From NCBI GenBank assembly GCA_000934665.2, contig KZ539011.1, positions 1 through 36,277 on the forward strand: DNA of 36,277 bases, in the 5' to 3' direction. Source of the DNA: Catajapyx aquilonaris. Lineage: Eukaryota. The notes beneath the pieces are model-generated. The model was not told the DNA's origin. It saw only the letters and a program-made list of their open reading frames with translations, and searched no databases. The position numbers were made by a program, and so were the translations under genes. Positions 11,352 to 24,379 of this stretch are shown piece after piece. The first letter of the stretch is position 1, and every line of letters begins with the position of its first letter.

Positions 11352-14300
11352 CATGGCCGGATTAACCTACCTTCAGCTTGACAATCCAGCGAGAAGAAGA
11401 GGTCAGCAGCCCCCGCTGGTCCAGCACGTTCCTCTTCCTCGATGCCAACCCGGTCCATTTGTCAGCCTTCCCGCGGTCAGCAACCTTGCGCTCCGGAGTC
11501 TAGTCTCCGGAAGAATGGCGCCCGTTTGGCCATGTGAGTCCGAAGCAACGAGAGACTAGCGTGGCCCGTGTATTCGACGTAGCATTGACTTGCGGAGGAA
11601 TGTAGGTCGCCGGCCGGATCGCCTAATAGCTTCGACCGCTTTGCCAAGACTCGCTGGCTCCCGCTGCACACGCGCACATGCCCCTGGACCCAGGGGCCAA
11701 TGGCGGAGACTATGATCTATGCTGTTACACCCAGCAAACTTTTTTTTTAAATACATAAAAAAATTTGGTTATTTGTGGCTGACAGTTTTGCCCTCTGGAT
11801 GAATAGAAATGGAGGCGGGGGCGTGCGAGAGACAGCTAATGTCTTCTGAAGCAAGTCCTTTGCATACTTCATGTCACGTCCACTTTTGTGCCGGATCCAG
11901 ACTCTCCTTGAACTAGCTCATATTATGAACAAAAATGGTGGAAAAAAAAGAGTTCAGGTCACAGCTTCAGTGACATGCATGCAGTTGCACACCTACATGA
12001 ATAACGTATAGGGTGGCGTGCAGTTTTGTTGGGAGGGAAAACTTGGCTCGCAAAGAGAGAATTGCAGGGTAAAGGCTGGGAGTACGGCTTAATTATGCAC
12101 GGGCTAAACATGCATTTTAATGTAGGGCCTGGGGAAAAAATACCAGGAGAATTCTTGAATCTACGCTTGACCCTGGATCGATCTGAAAGTTGACTCCGGA
12201 GGTCTGGAGATCAAAGAATCTATTATGCAAATTGCCTCTTTGCTTCCGGCAGCAATCCCATTCGTCCTATTAGAAACACACCTTAAGTAAAAGGATTGTG
12301 CTAATTTTTCGGGGAGGCTCTAGAAGCGTTAACGCAATATAAATATCGATATATCAATTTTATTAACATTTTGGTGCGATATTTGATATAATTTGGCTCA
12401 TAGCATCGAATAGCATACTGATATATCGATTATGTTCAATTTTGTGCAATATTTTTTATATATCGATATATCGATTTGGTTGATATCTGTGCGATATTTC
12501 GATGTTTTATGACATTTTCAATGTTTTGATATCTTTTCGCTATTTTTTCCTGCCAGGTCGAACCTAGGTCTGGCTTGTTGACGTCTGACAGGGGCTGGGT
12601 TATTAGGTGGTGATTAGGGAAGCTTGGCCGACTTGCTTTTGTTTCCGGGCTGACACTAACCCAGAGTGAGTAATGATTGGGCGCCGAGGAGCTTTTCTTG
12701 GCCGCTTTTGATGAATGGCTGCCAGGATGAGCTTGGGTCCCGCAGCCTCATTTGGCCATGATTTTAGAAGGCCCGCTGTCGACAACCACTCTCCGATAGA
12801 TGACCACCACCATTCTCACCCACACAACAATGCGGCATTCCAACCCCCCTACTAATTTACCTCCACCCCCCCTAAAATGTACGGCAACCCCGCATTGCAT
12901 TTACAACCATTAATAACACCCCCCCGTTATCGCCAGAAAATAACGCACATTTCATGAAAATAATGAGCTTTTCCCGAGGCATGTCCGGGGTCAGCAACTT
13001 TACTGAATTAATAACCCACAAGATGGCAACCTCGCTTTCTCCTAAGCAGCGCTCATTATGTGGTAATTAAACAAGTTGTGGTCGCAGGACACGTAGATTA
13101 CCCCAGTAACACAGGGAATTATTATTCCGATCGCGATTTACCTCCCCCCACATCTGCAGATATGTTGCCATAAGCGCTGGTTATAGGACCGGATTTAATC
13201 AGAGTAATCCGCCAGGGCTTTTTGGGTGATTCAAAGTTGTCGCCTTTTGTCTCGACCGACTTTGTCACTCTTTGCAATGCTTGTCATTCTTCTCAAACAC
13301 GAGGGAGGCTTTTGTTCACTGCCACTATGCTAATAAATTACACTCCAGCCTCTCCCAGCCAGGCTCGGGTAGGCTAATGACTAAAGGTTCTCATGTTGCT
13401 CACACATAAGCAGCCTCGTTACAGATTGGGAGGTCAAAAGAGCTCTAGTTTTTTTTTAGGTTGGGAAAATAGTGTTAAAGGCCCATGTACTGTGTGTCAT
13501 CTCTGAGGTATGACCACCACATGTGATGGTTGTGCATACTGATGAGAGCAGTTTTATCTGGTCAACGTTAGTTCCATGTCAAGCCCCTAGAATGCGTTGC
13601 ACTTTACTCATTACGCAGCGTAATCTAGCGGTTTGGGATAGAACTAGGAAGGCTATCCCGATAAAACATAGGCTCATACTGAAGGAATTATCATGAGGCC
13701 CAAAATACTGCACCGTGTGCTTCAAAATTAGACCTAAAAAAAACTGTAATCGCAAAACAGAAACACCGCTTTACCCTCCGTCCTAATTTGCTAATGACTA
13801 ATTAGTTCAGCAAAGATTAACCTCAGAGGAATACTACTGGGTACTAATAAAAATTTCAAAAGTGCATAACGAAGCACCAGCCATCAAAAACAGATTCCCA
13901 ACATAATTTAGATGCCTTGTTTAATTAAAAAGTATCAACGAGACACCCTGTTGTTTTTCCGTACTGTACCAGCATGGTACACACGCTATGAACTGCGGGT
14001 AATTCAACGAAAGGAAGTTGCTGTACCGTTGCCATCTGCTGGCTGGCGCAATGCCACTGCGACCTATACATTATCGGCCACCATTGTGTGGTTTCCACAT
14101 GACCGTCCTTTTTCTCGTACAACAATCCCCAGTATTTATTGCTCGTTATGGGGACCCCCCCCCCCTCCCCAACTTCCCACTCCACGAACCGGAGCAAAAA
14201 TAAAGCTGGCCCAAAAAAAATCATAACAATGGAGGCAGAGTTTTGCTGGGGGAAAAAAATCGGATTAGGATGCAAAGAAGGGCTGGCGGTTTTTTGGGGA

Positions 14301-14947
14301 TGGTATAGTATTTGATGAGAGACGGTGCAGAAGCGAATCGGGATGCAGCCCCTCAACTTCTTGCTCATAAATCCCCCTTCGGGAGGAGCCAAGATAGATA
14401 GGGCCTCCAGGGGAGGAGGGGGAAGGAGGAGAGGTAGAGAGAAAGTCGATAACTTCTCACTTATCCCCGAAAGAAACTGGTCCGGATAAAGACCCAAGCG
14501 TCGAGCGAGAAGCGACGGCCTTGTTATGTCACTTTTTTTGTACCGATGCAATGGGTCACGTTGACTACATAAGTACAGTACAATCTGAACGAATTCATTC
14601 GTTTCGAATTTCATTCGTTTCGTTTCGAATTCAGGTAGTAAATAATGTAAATTGGGCAAGTACTGCATGTTTTTAAAACACTAATTATTATTCAACTAAT
14701 GAAAGACAATGTTTACACAAAAGGGTGAAAAAAACACTTCTTTACCAAACACTTTAAAAGTAATCTTCATAAAAAATTAATTAATTAATTATATTGCGAT
14801 TTTCCAACAATAATAATTGTTGGAAAAGTTTTATTGCGTTTTTATTGCGATTTTTCCAACAGTAATAATTGTGGGACAAATTATTGCGAAATTAATTTTT
14901 GTGAACCTTATGGGGAAATTAATAATTAATTTCGCAATTAATTTTCA

Positions 14948-15223
14948 CAAAAAAATCTCGGCTTCTTTGTAAAAAAATTGTTTATATGTAGCAAAATTTT
15001 TGTGAAATTAACTGCTGTGAAAATTAATTTCCCAAATAATTTCCACAACAGTTAATTTCGCAATAATTTATCTTATCGCTGACTACCCATCATAGGGAAA
15101 TGTCGCGATGTTGACGATGATGATGACAATAATTTTCACAATAATTAATTTCACACAAATTTTCACAAGAAATATGGCTATTATTATAATCATTTTTTTT
15201 TACAAAAAAACCAGATTTTTTTT
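14948..15223. repeat. Decayed AT-rich foldback (inverted repeat) within low-complexity sequence at ~14780-15270
   Basis: AAAAAAATCTCGGCTTCTTTGTAAAAAAAT...TGTGAAATTAACTGCTGTGAAAATTA is mirrored by TAATTTTCACAATAATTAATTTCACA...TTTTTTTTACAAAAAAACCAGATTTTTTT. Confidence 0.6.
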
Positions 15224-18200
15224 ACAACAATGTGGGAAATGTTGCACTTTAATGTTATTTTTACCAATATTATTAGGCATATTACAGTAGCCTAGTAGAG
15301 TGATGGAACTATTCAATCATAGTTCCAGGATACATTTGGAATAAAAAAATTGACCCACACATTGTTTTTCTCAAAAATGAGCTACAGTCTCTACAGAACA
15401 AAAAAAAATAGCTACCGGTATATTATGCAAGAAAAGTTCAGCTACAGAATCAGCTTATAAAATATTTGTACCGGACCAGACCCAGCAGAAACCTTGTTTT
15501 CGTAGAGTCTGGCTCTAAAAAAAAGGTCTGGACTGTGTCCTCTGATCACGTGAGGAATGTCACGAACAGCCTTGTTTTCAATGAATTTTCTGACCAGAAC
15601 GGCTTTTATAAGCTCTCCAGAGCAAAGGCCTGTCATAAGCCATGAAAGTCCAGCATTTCCACCCGTCCAACCAGAAAAAAAGCAGCGTGGGTGCTCCCAA
15701 CAGTTCCAGATTAAATGGCTTCACTGTCACAGATTTTTTTTTTTTCTACTCCCGATGTAATTTCAGGGCATATCCTGAGGGCTAACCCCTACAATGCAGA
15801 CTGACCGCAACTCAAGAGAGGCATCAAAATTGCAGCCATACCAGGATATATCTAGGACCTACGATAAACCGGTATTATCTAATGAAAAATATATAACGGT
15901 CATTTTCATCAGTCATATAATTAACATGGGAATATCTAGAATCGGAATAATGTATGGGACAGAATGGTGGGGTGGGAACGGAGACGGTGTTTTGTTGGTA
16001 CAAATTGCTATGGTGGTGAAGAAATAAACTGCGGATTAGGAAGGTACAGGGTAAGATAGGGTTAATACCCGTGGGTTGTGGGTATACATCGGGAGGTCCG
16101 AGGTTGAAGGTAGCAGCTTGAGACCCTGAAAATCTCCACTTGGGTTCCTTTGAGATCATGTCCTCTATCCGCGTGAACTGAAAAAAACGCCAAAAAACGA
16201 TTAGCGAAGTACTTCCATACCTTCAGCGACATTGACCTCCTTTATGCCATTTTTGGACCCAATATATAAAAATTTGATGTACAGTACATTCCAAAAACGC
16301 CACAAATTGACCTCTTTTACGCCATTTTGGATCCAAATTTTTTTTCCGGGTCATAAAACCCAGAGCTGGTGCCTATAACCCTTCCGTGACAATTACACAT
16401 GCGAAGAGTCAGCCATAACTCACTCTAGGCGGGCGCATAACTGGAAGTTGGCAACCGTAACGACTCCATTTTGTCTCCCTCCTAATTGGCTTCAGCTTCC
16501 TCCACCCTCGTTTTATAGATTCGGAAGCGAGAAGTTTTTTGGGTGATGAATCGATGCCCTATTGGTTTATAGCAGTGTGACCTAACTAGGTGACAATAGC
16601 TCAAATATTTATTTATTTATTGATATGCTACATAGCGACTGAATTTTGACACACAAGGTGTTTCCAGGTGTTTACGACATCATATGTTGACCACCTATCC
16701 TTCCCGAATTTTTTTTGGACCTTATCCAGCCGCTTATTCTGGACATCCCGGATATTTTTTAGGGCTGGAAAAAGCAGGGGCTATTATATGGAGAGGGTAT
16801 AGGGTGGGGATGGGTGGGCTATTCCCCACAGGCGCCAGCCTGCAGGCGCCATCCCAGAGTGGAACGACCTCCAATACACTATCGGACGTCCGTTTCAAGC
16901 CTCATTTAGCCACTCGCCTCTGGAGGATGCCTATCCTGGACAAACGACCTTGTTTACTACTCGCTCCAGGTCACTCCTGTCCACTCGGACACTTTGGAGT
17001 GTCCGACCGTTCTCAAAAATTAATAACCCACTTTTCTACGCTCTCACGGCATACGGCAATAAAACTGTGAAGCAAGGTGTGACTTGTGTCAAATGAATTA
17101 ATGTGATCCGGTCACGAACGACCCAGTTTGGACAGCTAGACCACCTGGGGCGTTTTATCTTGACCATGTTATGCTTTAGTACCGATGGCGCCCAGCAATA
17201 GCAGATAGTACAGGCTACAGGACATTAACCGCTTCATACTGCTTGCGACATTGTCTGATGCGGCAGAAGTGAAAATCGAAGTGTGAGCCGTGCGAGTAAG
17301 AAGAGGTAGGCCTTGAGTGACGTCAGCCAGTCCCCCAGCCTGTGACGTCACCCAAGGGCTACCATTTCTTACTCGCATGGCTCACACTTCGATGCACGTC
17401 TTCCGTATAGGAAAATGTCGCTAGCAGTATGACGAAATTAATGTACAAAAGAACATAAGGCTGACCCGACAATATGTATGCTCTGTGACCCAGCACAGGA
17501 GTTGTTTTCATACTGTTTCAGCCACGCCATTTTTTCCCTTTCCTGCTCAAGATGGAACCCTGGCCCATTGTTGGAAATTGCCTGGAGTGCAATGCTTCTG
17601 GTGGGACGTCCCTAAGAGCCAATACGCCAGCGCCCAATATGTCAAACGTGCAAATAGTAGTTGGGGCGTACATCTGAAAAGAGAGGGGTGGAGGGGTCAT
17701 GGGGGGTGGTTGGATGTCCCATTTGTGGAAAACGCGTTTCCCTTTGAAAACGAACGGCACTCAATTGACGTGCTGCGCGTATCTGTGAGGAAGTCTTCCG
17801 TCTCTAATGAGAATTAGGATATCGAGCTGTCCTTATACCAAACCCTCTCTCAGTAATTTATTCCGCAACATGGCACAGAAAGCCTGGAATGGGTTTTTCT
17901 TTATTCCGCAAAGTAGGAGGGATGCCTTTAAAACTAACGTCACGTTTTCGAGTCGGAGACGACTATTGGAACTTGTTTTTTTTTTGGAACGTTTTTTTGG
18001 AGAGTCGTAACTTTGGTCTCTTTTGATGCGAGCTCAAGATGGATCTTCGCATGACTTATGACGCAGCTGTTTCGCTCCTGTCAGTTGTGTTCAGATACTA
18101 GAAAGAGATACAAGGCATACATTATCCCCTTTTGCATTACGGTGTCGGTCGAATTCACTCTATACTGTACGAGTAGATATGAAACAAATCGCATTTTTAT

Positions 18201-20324
18201 TGAAATCCGGAAAATATTTGCTCCATGTGATATCCCTACAGAACACACCCTACATGTCACGTGGTGCCTAACAGCGTTACCCCCAATCGGATTTAACAGT
18301 GACAGGATTTGAGCCCTTTTAGTCATAATAGCATTGGGGATGCACACTGCTGAAAAAACTAATTGAAAATGCTACTCTCTGCGCATACTATCACCAACTG
18401 ACATATTCCAAGTACACTGACGTCATCGCTATGCAAAAAAGCCTTATGGATTCACCCCAATCCGGTCTCATCCCAGCCAAAAAAGGAATTTTTGCTTCAA
18501 CAGTCAGGATTTTTAGTCCCACTGAATTTTTGGCCTCAAAAAAACCGATCGTGTCGATGGCCTCAATTCCTTACATTTTCAGATAAAGAGGGGTGGGGGA
18601 GGGGTTCTGGGCACAGAGGGGGTCGAATTCAAATCCTGGTTAAGCCCCGTTGCACTTGCATGGTCCAGGAGCAAACGGTGAAATTCAAGCTTTAGCTGCT
18701 CCTCCCTGAGCGTCTTTTCACATGCAAATGTGGCTGTGGATTTGCTGCTGGCCACAAGGACCCCCCGTTTCGTATTCATGGCCCTCCCTGTCCTCAACTT
18801 CCCTGCACACGGATATCTTTCGGCTTACTTGCCCTTCCTGCATACATGTTTCATTTTTTTTTACCAGTTTAGACTAGAGGAAACTGGTAGTTGAAGCTTT
18901 CTGACAGGGACACTGCCTGTAAATCACTGGAGGTATACTGAAAAGCATTTGGGGGGAATGGCTAGTGCTAACACAGTGCTGAAGGAGTGTCCGGCAGAGA
19001 GGTCATCCATAAACTATAGTAAGGGACCTATAAGCTACAGGGATTTACATGATTTAAAAAATAAAGTATCAAAATTGCATATTATTTTCAAAATGAGCCC
19101 ACAAAGTCTATCCGTATAAAATCAGGCCACACTATTCCAGTACCGGTACCGGTACAGTAAAGTTACATATTCTGCGCGCACATTAAATTAAAAATGCATT
19201 CCCATTATGGCAAACGGCCAGCTATTACTAGCCCGCCAACCACACTACACGCTATGAATCTATGAATAACAATGTTACATTCTTGTGACTCTCACTACCT
19301 TTAACGGCCATGTTTAGCACACACAATACTGTACAGTCCTCGAGAACTGCCAAGTGGTATGTACCAAATTTCGTCTGGACCTATCTCATCAAGCGCCCTA
19401 AAGGATTGCGAACCCGGCGTTGAAAAGCCTGTGCTGAGCATCCAATGAGTGCTCTTCACCTGTCGCTTTTCCGCTTCCACTTGGTCCTGATCACCTCGTC
19501 CAGTCAATTTCGACCACGGCAACCAATCAAGCCGTGCTGGTACAATGGTCCACATATAAAGCAGAATAGTACTGTGAGTACCGGTACTGACAATTTTATT
19601 GGACATTGTTGACAGATAGATGGCGCTTGAATAAGGAGGTTATGACAGCACCACCTATGGTCCTATGCTGTAGTTAGGGAACTTCCTACTGGCCAAATCC
19701 CGACTTTTTTAAACCCAGAGCTACGTAATTTATGAACGCTCCGCCCCGTTTCTCAATTATGGATATGAAGTAGACGTAGATGGATAGCTCCTGCGATTCC
19801 TCCAGCTGATAAAGGGAGTGTCAAGGAAACCTTTTGATTAAAGATTCGTTTGTTATTTCGCGGGTCATTAGGCTCTGAATATAGCTTCAACGACAGCGTT
19901 TTGATGGAGTTAAGACTAGGGAGATATATCCCCTCCCAAGTCTCTCCCTATTGGAGCAACTTCATTCAGATGAGATTACATCCCCAAAGGCCGCTCCCCA
20001 GACCCAAACACTATTACGGTACAACCCGATTGCTTCCTTCCAATTTATGCCCTTTCGCCATTTATTCATTGGGTTTGGATAGGAATTGGCGCATTTGCAA
20101 AATTGAGAGGAGTTTGCCGGAAATTCGATGCACATTGTACAATCTGAAAAACTGATCCGATTTGATAGGTATGAATCCAGTTTGATTGCATTTGATCCAC
20201 TTTGATTAGGTTTGATCCGGTCTGATTACGTGTTTCCGGATTGATTGGTATTGTCATGAGGTACAAAATGGCTTCCAAATCTTTTCCATTTGGTGTAGTA
20301 CAAAATTCAGGAAGGAAATAATAG

Positions 20325-20399
20325 NNNNNNNNNNNNNNNNNNNNNNNNNNNNNNNNNNNNNNNNNNNNNNNNNNNNNNNNNNNNNNNNNNNNNNNNNNN
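20325..20399. other. Assembly gap (75 N) followed by a G homopolymer
   Basis: Run of N, then G from 20400 to 20413. Confidence 0.99.
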
Positions 20400-21015
20400 G
20401 GGGGGGGGGGGGGACGTGCAGGGAATGCTGGGCTACCCGGATGGCATTCGGAATGAGCCAAGAGAGTCCTCTGGTGGCTGCTGACTCACCGCCATCACAA
20501 GTCCGGGGCCTTTCTACAGAGAACGGCACCAGATAATTGCTTTCACTTGGCGGCTGATGAGCAAACTGTCCCTGGAGGACCAACGAATTTTCCTCTCCTG
20601 TCCTTCAACGTTTTCTCTCCCTCACCACTCTGGTAACATCACACTGATTTTTACAATTCCTCAAAATCCACACACTCATGGCTGAACCTCGGGGTTGAAT
20701 TGTACATTTTATGAAATTTTTAATTCGGAGTTTTAAATGGTTTTTCCGTAATTTTCCGTCGTTTTTCATTACATGGAAATATTCTCATCATTTGTTTCAT
20801 TTTTCGTTAAGACTAATTCAGGTTTTTAGATTTGCGTTTTTTCCGTTTTTTCCCCGTTTTTCTTCATTTTACATTGTTTTTCAGTACATAGCAAAATGTT
20901 AAAATTTGTTTCATTAGTAGTTTGTTATTTGAGAGTTTGTGCTTTTCGTTTCTTCCGTTTTTATTCGTTTTCCTGTTGTTTTTCTTAGTTTTCACATCAT
21001 TTTCTATTACATACT

Positions 21016-21303
21016 TACCCCGTGATACAACTATAAGTCGTTATATGGGGTGGCACACCACCATCAGTTTTCAAACTTGTTTTCTTCAATCACAGTGCAA
21101 GGACTTCAGGATTTACGGTAGGGATAGGGATTGTTGGGGAGGGGACATGCGCAGTCCCCCAGGAGGTTAGGTTGCCAGACACCTCCAAGATGCAGGTCAG
21201 AGACCCCTAGACCCTCTCGACGCAGGTGAAAGAGCGGGGATCGAACCTGGGACTTTTCATTCAGCAAGCCGAGACGTTACCATCTCGGCCACCACACCTC
21301 CCC
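21016..21303 (-). mobile_element. tRNA-derived SINE, ~288 bp, with 16-bp TSD
   Basis: The minus-strand head GGGGAGGTGTGGTGGCCGAGATGGTAA... has a Pol III A box (TGGCCGAGATGG, 21291-21280) and B box (GGTTCGATCCCC, 21247-21236), followed by ~210 nt of non-tRNA body. The identical direct repeat TTTTCTATTACATACT flanks it at 21000-21015 and 21304-21319. Confidence 0.88.
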
Positions 21304-24300
21304 TTTTCTATTACATACTCGTACAATTTCATTATTTATTTAATTTGTTCATTATTAATTTAGGGGTTTCGGTTTTCCGTTTTTCTTCGTTTTTCTTCGT
21401 TTTTTCCCCAATATGCTGTCTACTCAGCTTTTAGAATTTTACAGGAGCTGAAATTTTCTCCCCAGCATCTACACACATGGTTGAATCCCAGGATTATAAG
21501 TCTTGAGTGCACTCAAAGGATTTACATCGTGTACATACTCTAATTGCGTGTACACTGCGGGGGAGAAGAATGGGACAATGGGAAGATGTGTCAGAACACA
21601 CGCAGTGCATGAAAAAGCAGATCATAGGTGGGTGAGGAGAAAATAGGGTGAGTCAGTGAGAATAGAAGAAAGCGACCATTGTCCCGGACCAAATCCCTAG
21701 AGGGATTATGAAAGAGATCTATCTGCGAGCTGGACCTCAATGGACCGAGAGGAGGGGTGGGGGGTCCAGATAGCTTTAGTGTTAAGTGAAATCGCTCGGG
21801 ATGGAGGACAACCCATGTGATTAATCCTGGGTGGTCACTTGGGGACCGTGTTTCTCATAAATTCCGTCACTTTTTGTCGTTTGCGTGATTGGAACGCGTG
21901 AAAGAAATTGTAGGGTGCGTAAAGGGCATGTGGTTGGCTCTGGTGGTTTATGGTACCTGATATGGGGTGAAATAGTGCTTACGATGCGCGGGTCAGGGTT
22001 CAAACTTGACACCTTCTAAAACACGCAAATTTTGGAGGGGAAAGGCGTTACACAATTTTTGCAAAAACACTCCAGCGAACATTACAGTACATTAAGCTGG
22101 TTTCCAAATTTTTCAAAAAATAAAATAAAATTATACACGTTGCTGCACTAGCCAATTTCAGCCATAGTCCACTCCTAAGCGTGGATCCCAACTTGTTAAA
22201 ATCAATAACTGCATTTTTGTAAAGCAGACCTGATGCTGTCATTTCACAGTCCACAATAGGAAACCCATATCGGTGTTCAAATTGAACAAATTGAACAGCG
22301 TTCAGGTCTTAATATCAATATGTAAATACGGTATTTTTATTATTAAACCGTACTTAAGTAATGTTTGCTAGTACCAGAAAATTCACTAGGAGTACTTAAT
22401 CCTAGTCTCTCCAATTAACAGCTCCAGAGTGAAAATTCAGGATTTACGAGTCCAAGCAACGGAGGAATCCCGTTTCATTTCACACCATTAATACGATGTA
22501 AATCTCGCAAGTGTAGGAATCGTCTAACCACATGAGATCCTGATTAAAGCATGGCCCATTAGAGACCCCTCGTAATCCGTGGAGGAAAAAGCACGTGCTA
22601 CAAGTGTTGTTGGACCACCCCCACTCTTCCAGAACAAAAAAAAATAATTTGGGGTGTAAGTGACCAGAACAAAAGCAGATTTTGGGCCGTGTAATTTTGG
22701 GAGGTCCACAGCTGTTTCTTTCCTTTTCCCTGAATATTGATTCAGACTGCCTCAATTTTTCATGGAAGCTATTAGAATATCTAGAGACCTTTACCTGTCA
22801 CGTACAGTTTGATTAGAGGGATTTTACTTTTAAAGTCAACTAGGATTTGCCTCTTAATCCGAAAGGTATCAAAGTGCTTTTTGTGGTGGGTCTAATGCAG
22901 GGGAAAGGAGTCGTTAATTATGCAGCCAACAAGCTTAGCGCATTAAGACGCCTCACCCCCGCCAGAAACTGCACTTTGGGTTCATCTGTTGGAAGCGCCG
23001 AATGTTTGGCTTGCAAGAATGGACTCTAGGATTATAGGATTTCAAAGGATTTATAAAAACTGGGTCAAACTGGACTCAATTAATCGATTCATTTGCGCTA
23101 GAGCCAGATTTTTTTTTTTAGGAGGGTCCATTGGGAAGCTAAATAAACACTGAGAGCTATTGGCTAGTGTGGAGTTGGCAGACTTGCAGTTAGTCACTTT
23201 TGATCAATTTCAGAGGAACGGTGGCCTTTTTGTCAAAGGGACCATAAAGGGGTTGTAAGATGCTAGCTTCAAAGGGTTGCTCATGCGAGTAATAAGGATG
23301 GCCCCAAGAAGGTCATACAATAATTGACCTGGGATAAGGTGAACAGCACCAGCACACTGGAGTCCAAAGGCTGAAATCAAGTTGGAATTTGCAGTTGAAC
23401 AATTGTTTCAACATTCACAGAGAGAGAATTTGTATGGTTTCCTCCTCTTCCCCCTCTTCAGATATACCTCATCCCTTTGGCATCATGGTCTGTGCCAAGT
23501 TTCAGCCGCAACCTCAGCTCAACCAAATCCCTTGGATTATTGGAATAGCAAATTCCAAGGCCCACCCAGCACCTCTCCATCCGGAAAGAGAACATGCCGG
23601 TAGATATTCGGATTTGCCTGGAGACTAACACTCTTCTGGGCCCAATCTTGGGAGGAGCCGTAAAGGGAGGAGGCACCGAATGAAGATGGGGAGGCCCATC
23701 ACGAGTTTCACTGCCAACCTTATCTGACTGTGAATGGGCAAAGTCGCCTTAGCAATCCCACTCCCAGACTAATTGCACTTCCCCAACAGATTTGTTCTTG
23801 CTCGGGGAGAAGCAGTGGGAAAAAAAAGTGGGAAAAAAGGAAAGGAATCTGGTCTTTTGTGGCCGCAACAGTAAGCACCGTTCGTGGGTTGAGAGCTTTT
23901 TCCTTGCAAGTGCAGTTGGGATGAGGGATCATCCATCCGCAAAGTCCTCAGACTGATTCATTCACAAGGCAAAGCTTTCCAATTAAACACAAGAGCCTGC
24001 TCCACCCCTCCAGCTTTCACATTTTAAAACAATTTTAAAAGCCTCCTGCAATCCACTCAAGTGCTTCTCCACCTCTTACTCTGTACATACCGTACTCTGG
24101 AAACAATGAATTCCCTCATGCGAGCAAAATGTGAGTGCGTGTAGCCACCAAATGGGAGGGGGGGTTTTCAGTGGTGTATTTGCAATCATCCTGATGTGGG
24201 GATTGAAAGAGCAAACAATTTCACCCCTAACCCCTGCTAAGCTTGTGTTCATAAAAGTTGGCATATGTTCACAGTATTGATAGATCATGAATGCGATACA

Positions 24301-24379
24301 AAATTTTATTTCAACTTTGGCCAATGACAGAGATCATTCCTGTTGACATAAAAAACATCTGGTGAACATCACGCTTGTT

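Noticed and set aside
12330..12550. ATATCGATAT-rich stretch as a regulatory cluster of DRE-like sites
   Set aside because: Looks like degenerate low-complexity repeat, probably from a decayed element; no defined unit or boundaries.
13925..14668. Longest ORF in the track (247 aa, minus strand)
   Set aside because: Runs through a TTCGTTTCGAA repeat and homopolymer tracts; no recognisable domain or convincing splice structure.
20400..20700. Coding-like GC-rich stretch after the gap
   Set aside because: Truncated by the N gap; the plus-strand frames I read contain stops and no motif is recognisable.
21225..21303. Functional tRNA gene
   Set aside because: A and B boxes are present, but the acceptor and anticodon stems are poor and the unit is embedded in a TSD-flanked 288-bp element, so it is a SINE head.
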